This document shows, in pieces, positions 26,113 to 34,210 of a stretch of 37,781 bases of DNA. Within the stretch, counting starts at the first letter, position 1; each line of letters begins with the position of its first letter. The translations under genes were made by a program, and so were the position numbers. The notes under the pieces were generated by a model that was given only the letters and a program-made list of their open reading frames with translations, searched no databases and had not been told where the DNA came from. Origin of the DNA: Desulfitobacteriaceae bacterium (GTDB lineage Bacteria > Bacillota > Desulfitobacteriia > Desulfitobacteriales > Desulfitobacteriaceae); contig DATMXV010000303.1 of NCBI GenBank assembly GCA_035561335.1, positions 1 through 37,781 of the forward strand. Reading direction: 5' to 3'.

Positions 26113-26157
26113 TTGAAAAAGGAACTTGATTAGATTATAATTGTCACCAGGTAACAA
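26113..26157 (+). promoter_or_regulatory. fapR promoter with an overlapping FapR-operator-like inverted repeat
   Basis: TTGAAA (26113-26118), a 17-nt spacer, then TATAAT (26136-26141). The palindrome TTGTCACC-A-GGTAACAA (26141-26157) follows immediately. Confidence 0.6.
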
Positions 26158-26181
26158 GAAAGATTTGGAAATTTGGTGATT

Positions 26182-26736
26182 ATGTTGTTTCGTTTACATA
26201 GACAGGAACGCCAAAAAGCCTTAAAGGAAATAATTTTACTTGATCCTTTTTTTACAGATCGGGAATTGGCCGGGCGATTTGGAGTAAGTATTTCAACAAT
26301 AAGGCATGATCGCGGGGTTTTAGGAATTCCTGAATTACGTGAGCGAACAAGAGTATGCGCCCATGAGGCTTACGGAACGTCAAGATCTTTTAGTGAATAC
26401 GAAGTCATTGGCAAGTTAAAGGAATTAGTAATTGGAGGATATGCCTGTTCCGAACTCAATGTTGACGAAACTATGGTACTTCCGCAGACAAAAGTTGCTA
26501 GGAGTCATTATCTGTTTGCCCAGGCTGATTCATTAGCTCTTGCTTTAACAGAAACTGACCCTGCAGGCAGAGGGAGAGTGGACCTTGAATTTATCAGACC
26601 GGTTCAATTAGGTGAATGTGTTGTAGCCAGTGGTCAGGTAATTAATGGTCAAGACAATAAATACCGGGTCAGGATTATTTCTACTGTCCGCCAGGAAGAG
26701 GTCTTACGGGGTGAGTGGGTTTTTATGCACAATTAA
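26182..26736 (+). CDS. fapR: Fatty acid/phospholipid synthesis repressor FapR
   Basis: Has an N-terminal HTH (TDRELAGRFGVSISTIRHDRGVLGIPELRER) and a C-terminal hot-dog domain (ARSHYLFAQADSLA). The start is ambiguous: TTG 26173, GTG 26176 or ATG 26182. Confidence 0.88.
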   Translation: MLFRLHRQERQKALKEIILLDPFFTDRELAGRFGVSISTIRHDRGVLGIPELRERTRVCAHEAYGTSRSFSEYEVIGKLKELVIGGYACSELNVDETMVLPQTKVARSHYLFAQADSLALALTETDPAGRGRVDLEFIRPVQLGECVVASGQVINGQDNKYRVRIISTVRQEEVLRGEWVFMHN

Positions 26737-26775
26737 TTTTCCAATGAAGGATATGGGGAGGAATTTAAAAACATC

Positions 26776-27804
26776 ATGAGAATTGCTATCGATGCAATGG
26801 GGGGAGATTATGCTCCTGCAGAAATTATCAAAGGTACTTTGAAGGCTGCTGCTATGTATCCCCGCCTGGAATTAATCCTTATTGGGAAAATGGAACTTAT
26901 GCAACCTTATTTGTCAGGCATTAAGGTTCCTGAGTCGATTTCTTTTCAAGAGGCTAGTGAAATAATAACTATGAAAGAACTTCCGGCCAATGCAGTCCGC
27001 AAAAAAAAGGATGCCTCAATTGTTGTCGCAACCCGCCTGGTTAAAGAGGGACTGGCTGATGCAGTGGTAAGTGCGGGCAGTACAGGCGCCCAAATGGCGG
27101 CGGCTTTATTAGGTCTGGGCAGGATAAAGGGAATTGAGCGTCCGGCAATAGCTGCTGTCCTGCCTACTTCAGAAGGCGGCAAACTTATTCTGGATGTAGG
27201 GGCTAATTTGGATGCCAAACCGGAGCATTTGGTGCAATATGCTATTATGGGGAGTATCTATGCAGAGAAGATCCTGGGTATACCCCACCCCAGAGTAGGA
27301 CTTCTCAATGTCGGCAGTGAAGAAGGAAAAGGGAATGAACTTACCCAGGCTGCTTATCGTCTCCTGCAAACTGTCCCAATCAACTTTACCGGTAATATTG
27401 AGGGCCGTGATATTCCCTACGGCCGTGCCGATGTTATCGTTTGTGACGGGTTTGCCGGCAATGTTTTGTTGAAAACTGCGGAAGGGATAGCAGGTTTCTT
27501 TATTGAATTAGTCAAAGATAAATTAACTGCCACAAATATGCGGAAACTGGGGGCCTTATTGGTAAAACCTGTACTGAAGGAAATAGTTCAAACAATTGAC
27601 TATGCAGAATATGGCGGGGCGCCCCTGTTGGGTGTAAATGGAATTAGTATTGTTTGTCATGGCAGTTCCGGGGAAAAGGCGATAGTTAATGCTATCCGTG
27701 TCGCCCAGGAGTGTATAACTGTCCAGATTACGGAACGAATAGAAATGGACTTTACAAGCCGGAAAACGGAGCCGGAAGTTAAAAGTCAAGTTTTAGAGGC
27801 CTGA
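26776..27804 (+). CDS. plsX: Phosphate acyltransferase PlsX
   Basis: MRIAIDAMGGDYAP... and the GST and GNVLLK motifs are present. Confidence 0.95.
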   Translation: MRIAIDAMGGDYAPAEIIKGTLKAAAMYPRLELILIGKMELMQPYLSGIKVPESISFQEASEIITMKELPANAVRKKKDASIVVATRLVKEGLADAVVSAGSTGAQMAAALLGLGRIKGIERPAIAAVLPTSEGGKLILDVGANLDAKPEHLVQYAIMGSIYAEKILGIPHPRVGLLNVGSEEGKGNELTQAAYRLLQTVPINFTGNIEGRDIPYGRADVIVCDGFAGNVLLKTAEGIAGFFIELVKDKLTATNMRKLGALLVKPVLKEIVQTIDYAEYGGAPLLGVNGISIVCHGSSGEKAIVNAIRVAQECITVQITERIEMDFTSRKTEPEVKSQVLEA

Positions 27805-27851
27805 GATTTAAATTGTTAAGGGAATTAATTAGGAAAGAGAGGAGTGACTGA

Positions 27852-28799
27852 ATGATTATAACTGAGATTTGCGGGCTCTTAGGGATAAAATATCCAATTA
27901 TTCAAGGGGGAATGGCCTGGGTAGCTACCGCTGAGTTGGCAGCGGCTGTATCTGAAGGCGGAGGTTTGGGAATTATTGCTGCCGGGACGGCCCCTACAAC
28001 TTGGCTAGAGCAGGAAATACATAAACTTAAGCAAATAACCCGGAAGCCCTTTGGGGTTAATATAATGTTGTTGTCCCCGTATGTTGAGGAGATCATGGAC
28101 CTGATTATCAGGGAAAGGGTGCCGGTGATCACAACCGGGGCTGGAAATCCCGGCAAATATGTCCCGAAATTAAAGGAAGTCGGCACGAAGGTGATTCCGG
28201 TTGTGGCCTCAGTTGCCCTGGCCAGGCGTTTGGAAAAAGCCGGGGTCTCGGCCCTGATAGCTGAGGGAATGGAATCAGGAGGGCATGTCGGGGAAATTTG
28301 TACATTACCTCTGGTGCCTCAGGTTGTGGATGCTGTCAGGATCCCGGTGATTGCCGCCGGGGGGATTGCTGACGGGCGTGGCCTTCTGGCTGCTCTTTCT
28401 TTAGGGGCGGCAGGTGTCCAGATGGGGACCCGTTTTATGTGTGCTGCTGAATGTACAATTCCTTTGCCGGTAAAAGAAGCAATTCTCAAGGCTAAGGAAC
28501 GTGATACTGTAGTTACGGGTCAAACAACAGGGCACCCTGTGCGCTGTCTGGAGAATCGTTTTACCCGGGAATTTGCTCGGCTTGAGCATGAAGGGGTTGC
28601 GGCAGCTGAACTGCAGGAACTGGGTACCGGCAGATTGCAGTTAGCAATGGTAGAAGGTGATATTGTCAATGGCTCAGTAATGGCCGGTCAGATTGCCGGG
28701 GCTGTTCAGCGCATTGAGCCGGCAGCTGATATTTTAAGGGATATAATAGAAACGGCGGAAGCGGAATGGCAGAAACTAGGCGCTTATTTCCAGAGATAG
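27852..28799 (+). CDS. fabK: Enoyl-ACP reductase II (FMN-dependent, FabK)
   Basis: Near-colinear resemblance to FabK as I recall it (YPIIQGGMAWVA, FGVNIMLLSP, ITTGAGNPGKY, AEGMESGGHVG, PVIAAGGIADGRG, VQMGTRF, GSVMAGQIAG). Confidence 0.9.
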   Translation: MIITEICGLLGIKYPIIQGGMAWVATAELAAAVSEGGGLGIIAAGTAPTTWLEQEIHKLKQITRKPFGVNIMLLSPYVEEIMDLIIRERVPVITTGAGNPGKYVPKLKEVGTKVIPVVASVALARRLEKAGVSALIAEGMESGGHVGEICTLPLVPQVVDAVRIPVIAAGGIADGRGLLAALSLGAAGVQMGTRFMCAAECTIPLPVKEAILKAKERDTVVTGQTTGHPVRCLENRFTREFARLEHEGVAAAELQELGTGRLQLAMVEGDIVNGSVMAGQIAGAVQRIEPAADILRDIIETAEAEWQKLGAYFQR

Positions 28800-28800
28800 G

Positions 28801-29030
28801 TCCCCATGCCGCTGACACAGCGCCATCAAAAGGATGAAAGTTAAACGGAGGGAGATCCAAGTGCTAAGAGAACCGATTTCGCGGAGGAGCGTAAGCGAAC
28901 GAAACGGAGCAGCGGTTAAGAAGTGCCACTGGTTTACATGCAGACTATCCCAAAGGTTTTGGCACTTTAGCTGCATAGTTGAGTGAGCAGCTCTGCAGCG
29001 ATGGTAAATGTGCACTTGGATTTCCCGGAG
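28801..29030 (+). repeat. Unclassified ~230-nt repeat element, copy B (between fabK and fabD)
   Basis: It aligns end to end with 16808-17035. It is flanked by the direct repeat TAGG (28797-28800, which is the fabK stop codon plus G, and 29031-29034). Confidence 0.9.
28850..29026 (+). ncRNA. Candidate structured RNA core of copy B (class unknown)
   Basis: A closing helix pairs 28850-28864 with 29012-29026: 15 bp including G28854-U29022. Hairpin 28873-28907 has GUAA at 28891-28894. Hairpin 2 pairs 28921-28927 with 28961-28967. Hairpin 3 pairs 28970-28975 with 28994-28999. Confidence 0.5.
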
Positions 29031-29114
29031 TAGGATTCTTATGTAATAATTTATTTTTCAGTAGTAGATGATTAAGTCCCGGGTAATTTATTCTTTAAGA
29101 GAGAGGAATAAGAA

Positions 29115-30053
29115 ATGGGTAAATTGGCATTTGTTTTTCCCGGTCAGGGTTCACAGTTTGTGGGGATGGGAAAGGAACTTTTTGAGACTGCTTGCGGGCA
29201 GGAAGTATATGCTGCAGGGCAAAGTGTTTTAGGAAATGATTTTCTAAAGATTATGGAAACCGGCCCGGAAGAAGAATTGCAGATTACGTATAATACTCAG
29301 CCGGCGATTTTACTTGTCAGTATAGCTGCCTGGTGTCAGCTGCGGGCTGCTGGAATTGAAGCGGATTATCATGCCGGGCATAGTCTGGGGGAGTACTCGG
29401 CCCATGTCGCTGCCGGGAGTATCAGCCTTGAGGAAGCACTCAGAGCGGTCCGCCGGCGGGGGGAACTAATGGAGATGGCTGTTCCGGCGGGCCGGGGAAC
29501 TATGGCGGCAATTCTTGGTTTGGAAGCAGACAAGGTTGAAGAAGCGTGCAGGCTGGCGGAGGATTCCGGTTCCGTGGGGCCGGCAAATTACAACTGCCCC
29601 GGTCAGATTGTGATTTCCGGGGAGACGCCGGCTGTACATAAAGCAATGGAAATGGCTAAAACACTGGGAGCAAAGCGTACTGTTCTTTTGTCTGTCAGCG
29701 GACCTTTTCATTCGGTATTGATGGGAAGTGCCGCCGGGGACTTAAACAAGGCTCTCAATGAGGTGAGTTGGCAGGAACCGCGTTGTCCCGTAATTGCCAA
29801 TGTTGACGCTCTTGAAGTTGTTGATCACCGGCGGACTATAGAAACCCTGGTCCGGCAATTGAGCGGGGCGGTTTTATGGGAACAATCAATCCGTTATTTA
29901 ACGGCAAAAGGTGTTGATACCTTTGTGGAATGCGGTCCGGGTAAGGCCTTGAGCGGTTTAATCAAGAAAATAGCTCCTGATGCTGATTTGCTTCAGGTTG
30001 GAGACTTGGTTTCTCTGGAAAAGTCACTTGCATATTTAAAGGAGAGTAGATAA
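29115..30053 (+). CDS. fabD: Malonyl CoA-ACP transacylase
   Basis: FVFPGQGSQ and the GHSLGEYSA active-site motif are present. Confidence 0.95.
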   Translation: MGKLAFVFPGQGSQFVGMGKELFETACGQEVYAAGQSVLGNDFLKIMETGPEEELQITYNTQPAILLVSIAAWCQLRAAGIEADYHAGHSLGEYSAHVAAGSISLEEALRAVRRRGELMEMAVPAGRGTMAAILGLEADKVEEACRLAEDSGSVGPANYNCPGQIVISGETPAVHKAMEMAKTLGAKRTVLLSVSGPFHSVLMGSAAGDLNKALNEVSWQEPRCPVIANVDALEVVDHRRTIETLVRQLSGAVLWEQSIRYLTAKGVDTFVECGPGKALSGLIKKIAPDADLLQVGDLVSLEKSLAYLKESR

Positions 30054-30054
30054 A

Positions 30055-30798
30055 ATGATGCTTAATGGAAGCGTTGCTGTTGTTACAGGGGCTGCGCGGG
30101 GGATTGGCAGGGCTATTGCCCTGGAATTAGCGGCTGCCGGGGCCAAAGTAGTTGTCAATGATGTCGGTAATCTGGATCAAGCAGAAGAAACGGTTAAGCA
30201 GATTATGGGCGCAGGCTCTGAGGCCATGTTTATTCAGGCTGATGTAACGAATGCGAGTGATGTTGACAGACTTGTCAGTACAACCCTTGAGAAATATGGA
30301 AAAATCGATATTCTTGTGAATAATGCCGGAATTACCAGGGATAATCTGCTCATCCGGATGAAAGAAGAAGATTGGGACAGAGTTTTAAATATTAATCTTA
30401 AAAGTGTTTTTTTATGTACTAAAGCGGTAAGCAGGGGGATGTTAAAACAACGTTCCGGGGCGATTGTTAATATTGCTTCAGTTGTAGGTATTTTCGGAAA
30501 TCCAAGTCAAGCTAATTATGCCGCCTCGAAAGCAGGTATTATTGGATTTACTAAATCAACGGCTAAGGAATTGGCTTCCCGGGGAATTCGGGTTAATGCT
30601 GTAGCTCCGGGGTATATTTCTACCGATATGACGGCAATATTACCTGATGAAATAAAAAAAGAATTTATTAAGGGAATACCTCTTGGACATATGGGTACTG
30701 CAGAAGAAGTCGCAAAGGCAGTTCTTTTCTTGGTTTCTCCGGCGGCATCTTACATAACAGGGCAGATCCTGGCAGTTGATGGAGGCATGGCGATGTAA
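30055..30798 (+). CDS. fabG: 3-oxoacyl-ACP reductase
   Basis: SDR motifs TGAARGIG, NNAG and YAASKAG are present, in the conserved fabD-fabG-acpP order. Confidence 0.95.
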   Translation: MMLNGSVAVVTGAARGIGRAIALELAAAGAKVVVNDVGNLDQAEETVKQIMGAGSEAMFIQADVTNASDVDRLVSTTLEKYGKIDILVNNAGITRDNLLIRMKEEDWDRVLNINLKSVFLCTKAVSRGMLKQRSGAIVNIASVVGIFGNPSQANYAASKAGIIGFTKSTAKELASRGIRVNAVAPGYISTDMTAILPDEIKKEFIKGIPLGHMGTAEEVAKAVLFLVSPAASYITGQILAVDGGMAM

Positions 30799-30843
30799 AT
30801 TTAGTAAATGTAAACTGTTTGCGAGAGGAGGTGAAGTTACAGG

Positions 30844-31071
30844 ATGGAAGTTTTCAAAAAGGTCAAGTCCATCGTCGTTGATCAACTGGGGGTGGATGAA
30901 GGGGATGTAACATTAGAAACAACCTTTGAAGAGTTAAACGCCGATTCATTGGATATTGTCGAACTGATTATGGCTTTAGAAGAGGAATTTGATTTAGATA
31001 TTCCGGACGAGGAAGCAGAGAAAATTCGGACTGTCGGTGATGCAGTCAATTATATTAAAGAGAACAAGTAG
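30844..31071 (+). CDS. acpP: Acyl carrier protein
   Basis: 75 aa, acidic, with the DSLD phosphopantetheine attachment motif. Confidence 0.95.
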   Translation: MEVFKKVKSIVVDQLGVDEGDVTLETTFEELNADSLDIVELIMALEEEFDLDIPDEEAEKIRTVGDAVNYIKENK

Positions 31072-31088
31072 ATTGCAATTTGCGTAAG

Positions 31089-31118
31089 GTCCCGTAGTGT
31101 TCTGCGGGACTTTCTTTT
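31089..31118 (+). terminator. Rho-independent terminator after acpP
   Basis: Stem GTCCCGTAG / CTGCGGGAC (one G-U pair) with loop TGTT, followed by TTTCTTTT. Confidence 0.7.
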
Positions 31119-31190
31119 AAAAATAATTTGCTCTTGACATTATAAATTGGAAAGAGTTAACATAAATAGAAATAGTCAGGAGGAAAAACA

Positions 31191-32135
31191 GTGAAAATAC
31201 CCGAACTCCAAATTGGGAATTTAGTGGCTAAAATTCCCGTTATTCAAGGTGGGATGGCTGTAAAGGTCTCTATGGCATCCTTAGCGGCTGCTGTCGCGGA
31301 TAGAGGCGGTATTGGACTTATCGCAGGGAGTGGTTTAACTATTGCAGAACTGAGAACTGAGATACGTGAAGCACGGAACCGCACCAAAGGTATCATTGGG
31401 GTCAACATCATGTTTGCAGTTCGCGAATTTGCCCAATTAGTACGAACTGCCCTTGAAGAAAAAATTGATCTTCTAGTTTCGGGAGCCGGATTTTCCAGGG
31501 ATATGTTTTCTTGGGGCAAGGAAGCGGATACACCTGTCGTACCCATTGTTTCAACTGTTAAGCTGGCTAAGCTCTCGGAAAAACTTGGTGCGGCAGCTGT
31601 TATTGTCGAGGGGTGTGAAGCCGGAGGGCATTTAGGTACTGACCGGCCTATGAGAGAGATTTTATCGGAAGTTATTGAGGCAGTAAAGATCCCTGTGATT
31701 GGAGCCGGCGGAGTGATTGACGGTTTTGATGCGGCTGAGGTTTTGAAAATGGGGGCTGCCGGAGTTCAAATGGGAACCCGTTTTGCTTTAAGCGAAGAAT
31801 GTAATGCAGCATCGGCTTTTAAACAGTATTTACTTGATGCCAAGGCAGAGAATACTGTTTTTGTGCAAAGTCCGGTTGGGTTGACTGGACGGGCTATTGT
31901 CAATGATTTTACACGTATGTTGGAAAAAAACGAAAATGTAGGGCCGATATGCTGTATAAATTGTCTGAAAAATTGTAAGGAAAACTATTGCATAATATCA
32001 CGTTTAAATATGGCTCAACAAGGAGATGTGCAAAACGGTTTAATCTTCATAGGAGCCAAGTTTAAGAAGGTGAAGGAGATTCTTTCCGTACATCAGATTT
32101 TCGAAAATATTAAAATGGGAATACTACAGTCTTAA
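31191..32135 (+). CDS. Second NMO/FabK-like FMN oxidoreductase paralog with a Cys-rich insert
   Basis: Contains IQGGMA, GVNIMF, EGCEAGGHLG, PVIGAGGV and VQMGTRF. The extra CCINCLKNCKENYC cluster (nt 31950-31991) is absent from the fabK copy at 27852. GTG start with the RBS AGGAGG. Confidence 0.8.
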   Translation: MKIPELQIGNLVAKIPVIQGGMAVKVSMASLAAAVADRGGIGLIAGSGLTIAELRTEIREARNRTKGIIGVNIMFAVREFAQLVRTALEEKIDLLVSGAGFSRDMFSWGKEADTPVVPIVSTVKLAKLSEKLGAAAVIVEGCEAGGHLGTDRPMREILSEVIEAVKIPVIGAGGVIDGFDAAEVLKMGAAGVQMGTRFALSEECNAASAFKQYLLDAKAENTVFVQSPVGLTGRAIVNDFTRMLEKNENVGPICCINCLKNCKENYCIISRLNMAQQGDVQNGLIFIGAKFKKVKEILSVHQIFENIKMGILQS

Positions 32136-32154
32136 AGGGGAGAATGGTTAATTC

Positions 32155-33396
32155 ATGAGAAAACGTGCAGTTATCACTGGAATGGGAGTAATCTCTCCAG
32201 TCGGAAATGAAATAAATGAATTCTGGAATAATCTTATTGCAGGAAAAGCTGGAATCGCTGCCGTAACCCGCTTTGATGTGAGTGCTTTGCCAACAAAGGC
32301 TGCAGGCGAAGTAAATAATTTTGATCCTGCCGAATGGATTGAGAAAAAAGAAAGCCGCCGGATGGACAGGTTTGTGCAGATGGCGATGGCAGCAGGTAAG
32401 ATGGCGGTCAAGGATGCTGGTCTTGATCTGGAAAAGATCAATAAGGACAGGGCCGGAGTAGTAATGGGCTGTGGAATTGGCGGGGTAATTACTTTTGAGG
32501 AGCAAAAAGAGATTTTAATGACTAAGGGACCTAACCGGGTAAGCCCGTTTTTCATTACAAATCTAATCAGTAATATGGCTGCCGGTTATTTATCTATTGC
32601 TTTTGACTTAAAAGGACCCAGTTTAACTATAGTTACTGCCTGTGCTTCGGCGACAAATGCGATCGGGGAAGCTTTGCGTCTGATTCAGAGAGGGGAAACC
32701 GATCTTGTCCTTTGCGGGGGAACTGAAGCCCCCTTGACGGAATTAGCCTTTGCCGGATTTTGCTCGATAAAAGCAATGTCCACGGAAAAAGAAAATTATT
32801 CTCAGGCTTGTCGTCCCTTTGATAAACGCCGCAGCGGTTTTGTAATGAGTGAAGGGGCCGGAATTCTGGTCCTGGAGTCTTTGGAACATGCCCAAGCCCG
32901 GGGGGCCCATATTTATGCTGAACTTATAGGCTATGGCAGTTCCTCAGATGCTTATCATATTACCATGCCGGCTCCCGGGGGTGTCGGGGCAGTTGCAGCC
33001 ATGCGCAAGGCCCTGGCAGATGCCGGTTTGAATCCGGAAGATGTTTCTTACATTAATGCTCATGGAACAGGAACCGATGCTAATGACGCCCTGGAAACGG
33101 AGGCTATTAAAGCTGTTTTTGGTGATGCTGCCAGGAATGTCCCGATAAGCTCAACCAAATCAATGACCGGTCACCTTATGGGTGCAGCTGGGGCCATAGA
33201 AGCAATTATTTGTACCTTAGCCATTGAGCGGAGCGTAATCCCTCCCACCATTAATTATGAAGAACCGGATCCCGAATGTGATTTGGATTATGTGCCTAAC
33301 ATAGCCCGGGAACAACAAGTAAAAGTAGCTTTATCAAATAACCTTGGTTTTGGGGGACATAATGCCACAATAATTATTCGAAAATTTGCTGACTGA
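32155..33396 (+). CDS. fabF: 3-oxoacyl-ACP synthase II
   Basis: KAS II signatures are present: the active-site region TACAS, the INAHGTGT and SSTKSMTGH histidines, and the GFGGHN tail. Confidence 0.95.
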   Translation: MRKRAVITGMGVISPVGNEINEFWNNLIAGKAGIAAVTRFDVSALPTKAAGEVNNFDPAEWIEKKESRRMDRFVQMAMAAGKMAVKDAGLDLEKINKDRAGVVMGCGIGGVITFEEQKEILMTKGPNRVSPFFITNLISNMAAGYLSIAFDLKGPSLTIVTACASATNAIGEALRLIQRGETDLVLCGGTEAPLTELAFAGFCSIKAMSTEKENYSQACRPFDKRRSGFVMSEGAGILVLESLEHAQARGAHIYAELIGYGSSSDAYHITMPAPGGVGAVAAMRKALADAGLNPEDVSYINAHGTGTDANDALETEAIKAVFGDAARNVPISSTKSMTGHLMGAAGAIEAIICTLAIERSVIPPTINYEEPDPECDLDYVPNIAREQQVKVALSNNLGFGGHNATIIIRKFAD

Positions 33397-33418
33397 AAAA
33401 GGGAGTAAGATATTGACA

Positions 33419-34210
33419 ATGAAACACCGGCGAAGAAGTACTGTCAATTTGCGGATAGAGAATTCAGCGAATAAGGAAAAAGCAGCTTCGGCTTCAGCTC
33501 TGAAAAGAGATGTTGGGGCCCGGCTTGCTCAACGTTTGGAGTTAGGCGGATTGCCTAATAAACTCTTGACTGTGGCCTTGACCCATCCCTCATACTTATT
33601 CGAAAACCCTCAAATAGGACGAGAAAACAATCAGCGTTTGGAGTTTCTGGGAGACGCTATCCTTGATTTTATTGTTGCAGAGTATTTGTATTTAACTTAT
33701 CCGGACCGTCCGGAAGGGGAACTTACCAAGATGCGGGCGGCAGTGGTTAATGAAACAACCTTGGCCCGTAATGCCCAGGAAATAGATTTGGGTTCTGAAC
33801 TCCTGTTAGGACGCGGCGAACAATCTTCCGGGGGAAGGGAAAGACCTTCGATTCTGGCTGATGCCTGGGAAGCAGTTATTGGAGCTGTATATCTGCAATT
33901 TGGGATGGAAGTAGCCAGACGTGTTGTCCTGGGGTTATTAAAGCCTGTGATTGAAGAAGTGGCCAAGGGCAACTATGGCGATTATAAAACAATGCTGCAG
34001 GAAAAGGCTCAGCGTCAGGAAAGTGAAGTTAATTACCGGATTCTCCTGGAAGAGGGGCCTGACCATAGCAAGATCTTTACGGCAGGAGTATTTCTGAACG
34101 GAAAACTGATGGCCAAGGGCAGTGGCCGGACAAAAAAGGAAGCTGAACAACTTGCTGCCAGAGAAGTTCTTATTGAATGGGGGAGGGAGAACGATGGCCA
34201 AGGCCAATGA
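33419..34210 (+). CDS. rnc: Ribonuclease III
   Basis: The NQRLEFLGDA signature and a C-terminal dsRBD (GPDHSKIF...GSGRTKKEAEQLAA) are present. TTG 33413 is an alternative start with better RBS spacing. The track start at 33386 overlaps fabF. Confidence 0.9.
   Translation: MKHRRRSTVNLRIENSANKEKAASASALKRDVGARLAQRLELGGLPNKLLTVALTHPSYLFENPQIGRENNQRLEFLGDAILDFIVAEYLYLTYPDRPEGELTKMRAAVVNETTLARNAQEIDLGSELLLGRGEQSSGGRERPSILADAWEAVIGAVYLQFGMEVARRVVLGLLKPVIEEVAKGNYGDYKTMLQEKAQRQESEVNYRILLEEGPDHSKIFTAGVFLNGKLMAKGSGRTKKEAEQLAAREVLIEWGRENDGQGQ

Noticed and set aside
16808-29030. The two repeats as a template/variable repeat pair of a diversity-generating retroelement.
   Set aside because: The differences are not adenine-specific; they include G/T, C/T, T/G and indels. 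Neither copy lies in the 3' end of a target ORF. There is no reverse transcriptase gene in the window.
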